Source of the DNA: Mobula hypostoma
Taxonomy: Eukaryota
Length of the DNA: 64,000 nt
Reading direction: 5' to 3'
Assembly: GCF_963921235.1 (NCBI RefSeq)
Contig: NC_086097.1
Coordinates: 121,832,001-121,896,000 of the forward strand
The translations under genes and the position numbers were made by a program. The stretch's first letter is position 1; every line of letters starts with the position of its first letter. Of this stretch, positions 62,954-64,000 are shown piece after piece. The notes under the pieces are model-generated. The model did not search any database. It saw nothing but the letters and a program-made list of their open reading frames with translations, and was not told where the DNA came from.

Positions 62954-63384
62954 TGTCACACCTTGAACTGGCCACTGGAGGGAGGCAGAGATGAGAATGC
63001 CAACCCCTTCCTGCTCACCTGCCTATTAGGCTAACTATTAGTTCATTGTTATCACCTGTGACTTGTTTGTAGCCCTACATACATTCCAAGTTCCTAGTTC
63101 CTTGTTCCTTGTTCCTTGTTTCTTTGCTGAGTCTTGGAGTAAGTGAAGCTGTTTGTAGGTATTTCTAGTTTCTGAAATTCTAGTTAATTTTTTTGGATTT
63201 TAACTTTGCCTGTGAGTTTTTCTTTTTGGCACCTCCGTCTAGACCTTGCCTGCTAAGGAATCTAGTAAAGCTTTATTGGATTTTGTTTCCTCTAATCTTG
63301 CGTGACTTTTCCTTGCAGTTGCGTTCACCACTATTCAGCTTGAGGGAAGTTAAAACTGAAGAAGTTACCTAGTTAGTTGTGACA
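62954..63384. mobile_element. Solo LTR (431 bp) with 5-bp TSD, inside an old CR1 fragment
   Basis: TGTCACA...TGTGACA ends, TSD ccatc at 62949-62953 and 63385-63389. Confidence 0.85.
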
Positions 63385-64000
63385 CCATCCTTCTAAAAAT
63401 GAGCCATTCAGAGATGGACACAATTCTGTAGTTCAGACTGGACCACTGTTTAATACAAGTTCAGCATGACTATATTAATAAAATCCAGAATGTTTTACTA
63501 AATGCTGTCTTAATCTGCCCTGCCATTTTGAAAGTCTAGTACACAGATAACCTATGCCTCTCCTCTTTTACACCATTTTTAGAATAGTTTCCTTTATCTA
63601 ACATTGCCTTTTCTCATTGTTCCAACCAAAACACACCTCCACTTCTCAATATTACACTGCAACTTCCTTGCATCTGCTCCTTCCACCAAACTTTTTCATT
63701 TTATCAGCATTGTCTTTGCAGTTCACAATATTCCCAAGTTTTGTCGCATTTGAATGTTTAGAAACAATTTGGAGATTCTGAGCATGAAGCTGATCTGCCC
63801 CAGTAAATGCATTCATTGTTGGTCATCAGCCTACCCAAATGCATTTTGCTCTGAATTTGACAGGTATGATTTAAAATAGATGCACTATCAGCTCATTTTG
63901 TATTAATGGCACTGCTCTTATCTATGTCAGCACATCTCAAGAGGGGTGAAAAATCCATTAAACTTCAAAAACACTTTCTGCAGTTAATGACACAATAATT

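Noticed and set aside
42532..64000. Penultimate DOK6 exon (LPRSAYWHHITRQ-like, as recalled)
   Set aside because: Not found by eye on the minus strand and presumed to lie beyond the window. A TBLASTN search would settle it.

Overview
This is vertebrate nuclear DNA, AT-rich and dense in transposons, with no prokaryotic-style operons, rRNA, true tRNA genes or CRISPR. The repeat families suggest a cartilaginous fish, probably a ray (inference). Most entries in the six-frame ORF track are transposon fragments or chance ORFs. Two spliced genes converge tail to tail. (1) On the + strand are the 3' exons of a single-pass immune receptor best matching CD226/DNAM-1: a candidate 27-nt stalk micro-exon (4822-4848), a transmembrane exon (5553-5631), a polybasic exon (5729-5789) ending at a GC donor, and a last exon (12613-12750) carrying DTYVNLP. 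(2) On the - strand is the last coding exon of DOK6 (42531-42392, RAQTFPSY...SSYG.NYSS). CD226 and DOK6 are also convergent neighbours in mammals as I recall, which supports both calls. The rest is nested mobile DNA: CR1, Rex/Babar-like, Nimb-like and RTE-like LINE pieces, tRNA-derived SINEs with clean target-site duplications (TSDs), a decayed Tc1 and its MITEs, an hAT element, two solo LTRs, and about 15 Penelope-like termini carrying minimal hammerhead ribozyme motifs, often in inverted pairs. I found no wholly new biological system. The most system-like signals are the hammerhead-bearing Penelope-like family, SINEs sharing a head but with different tails, the receptor's tail motif and GC-AG intron, and a candidate IRF/STAT enhancer. 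Repeat boundaries without a TSD are approximate, and all homology calls come from recalled motifs, not database searches.
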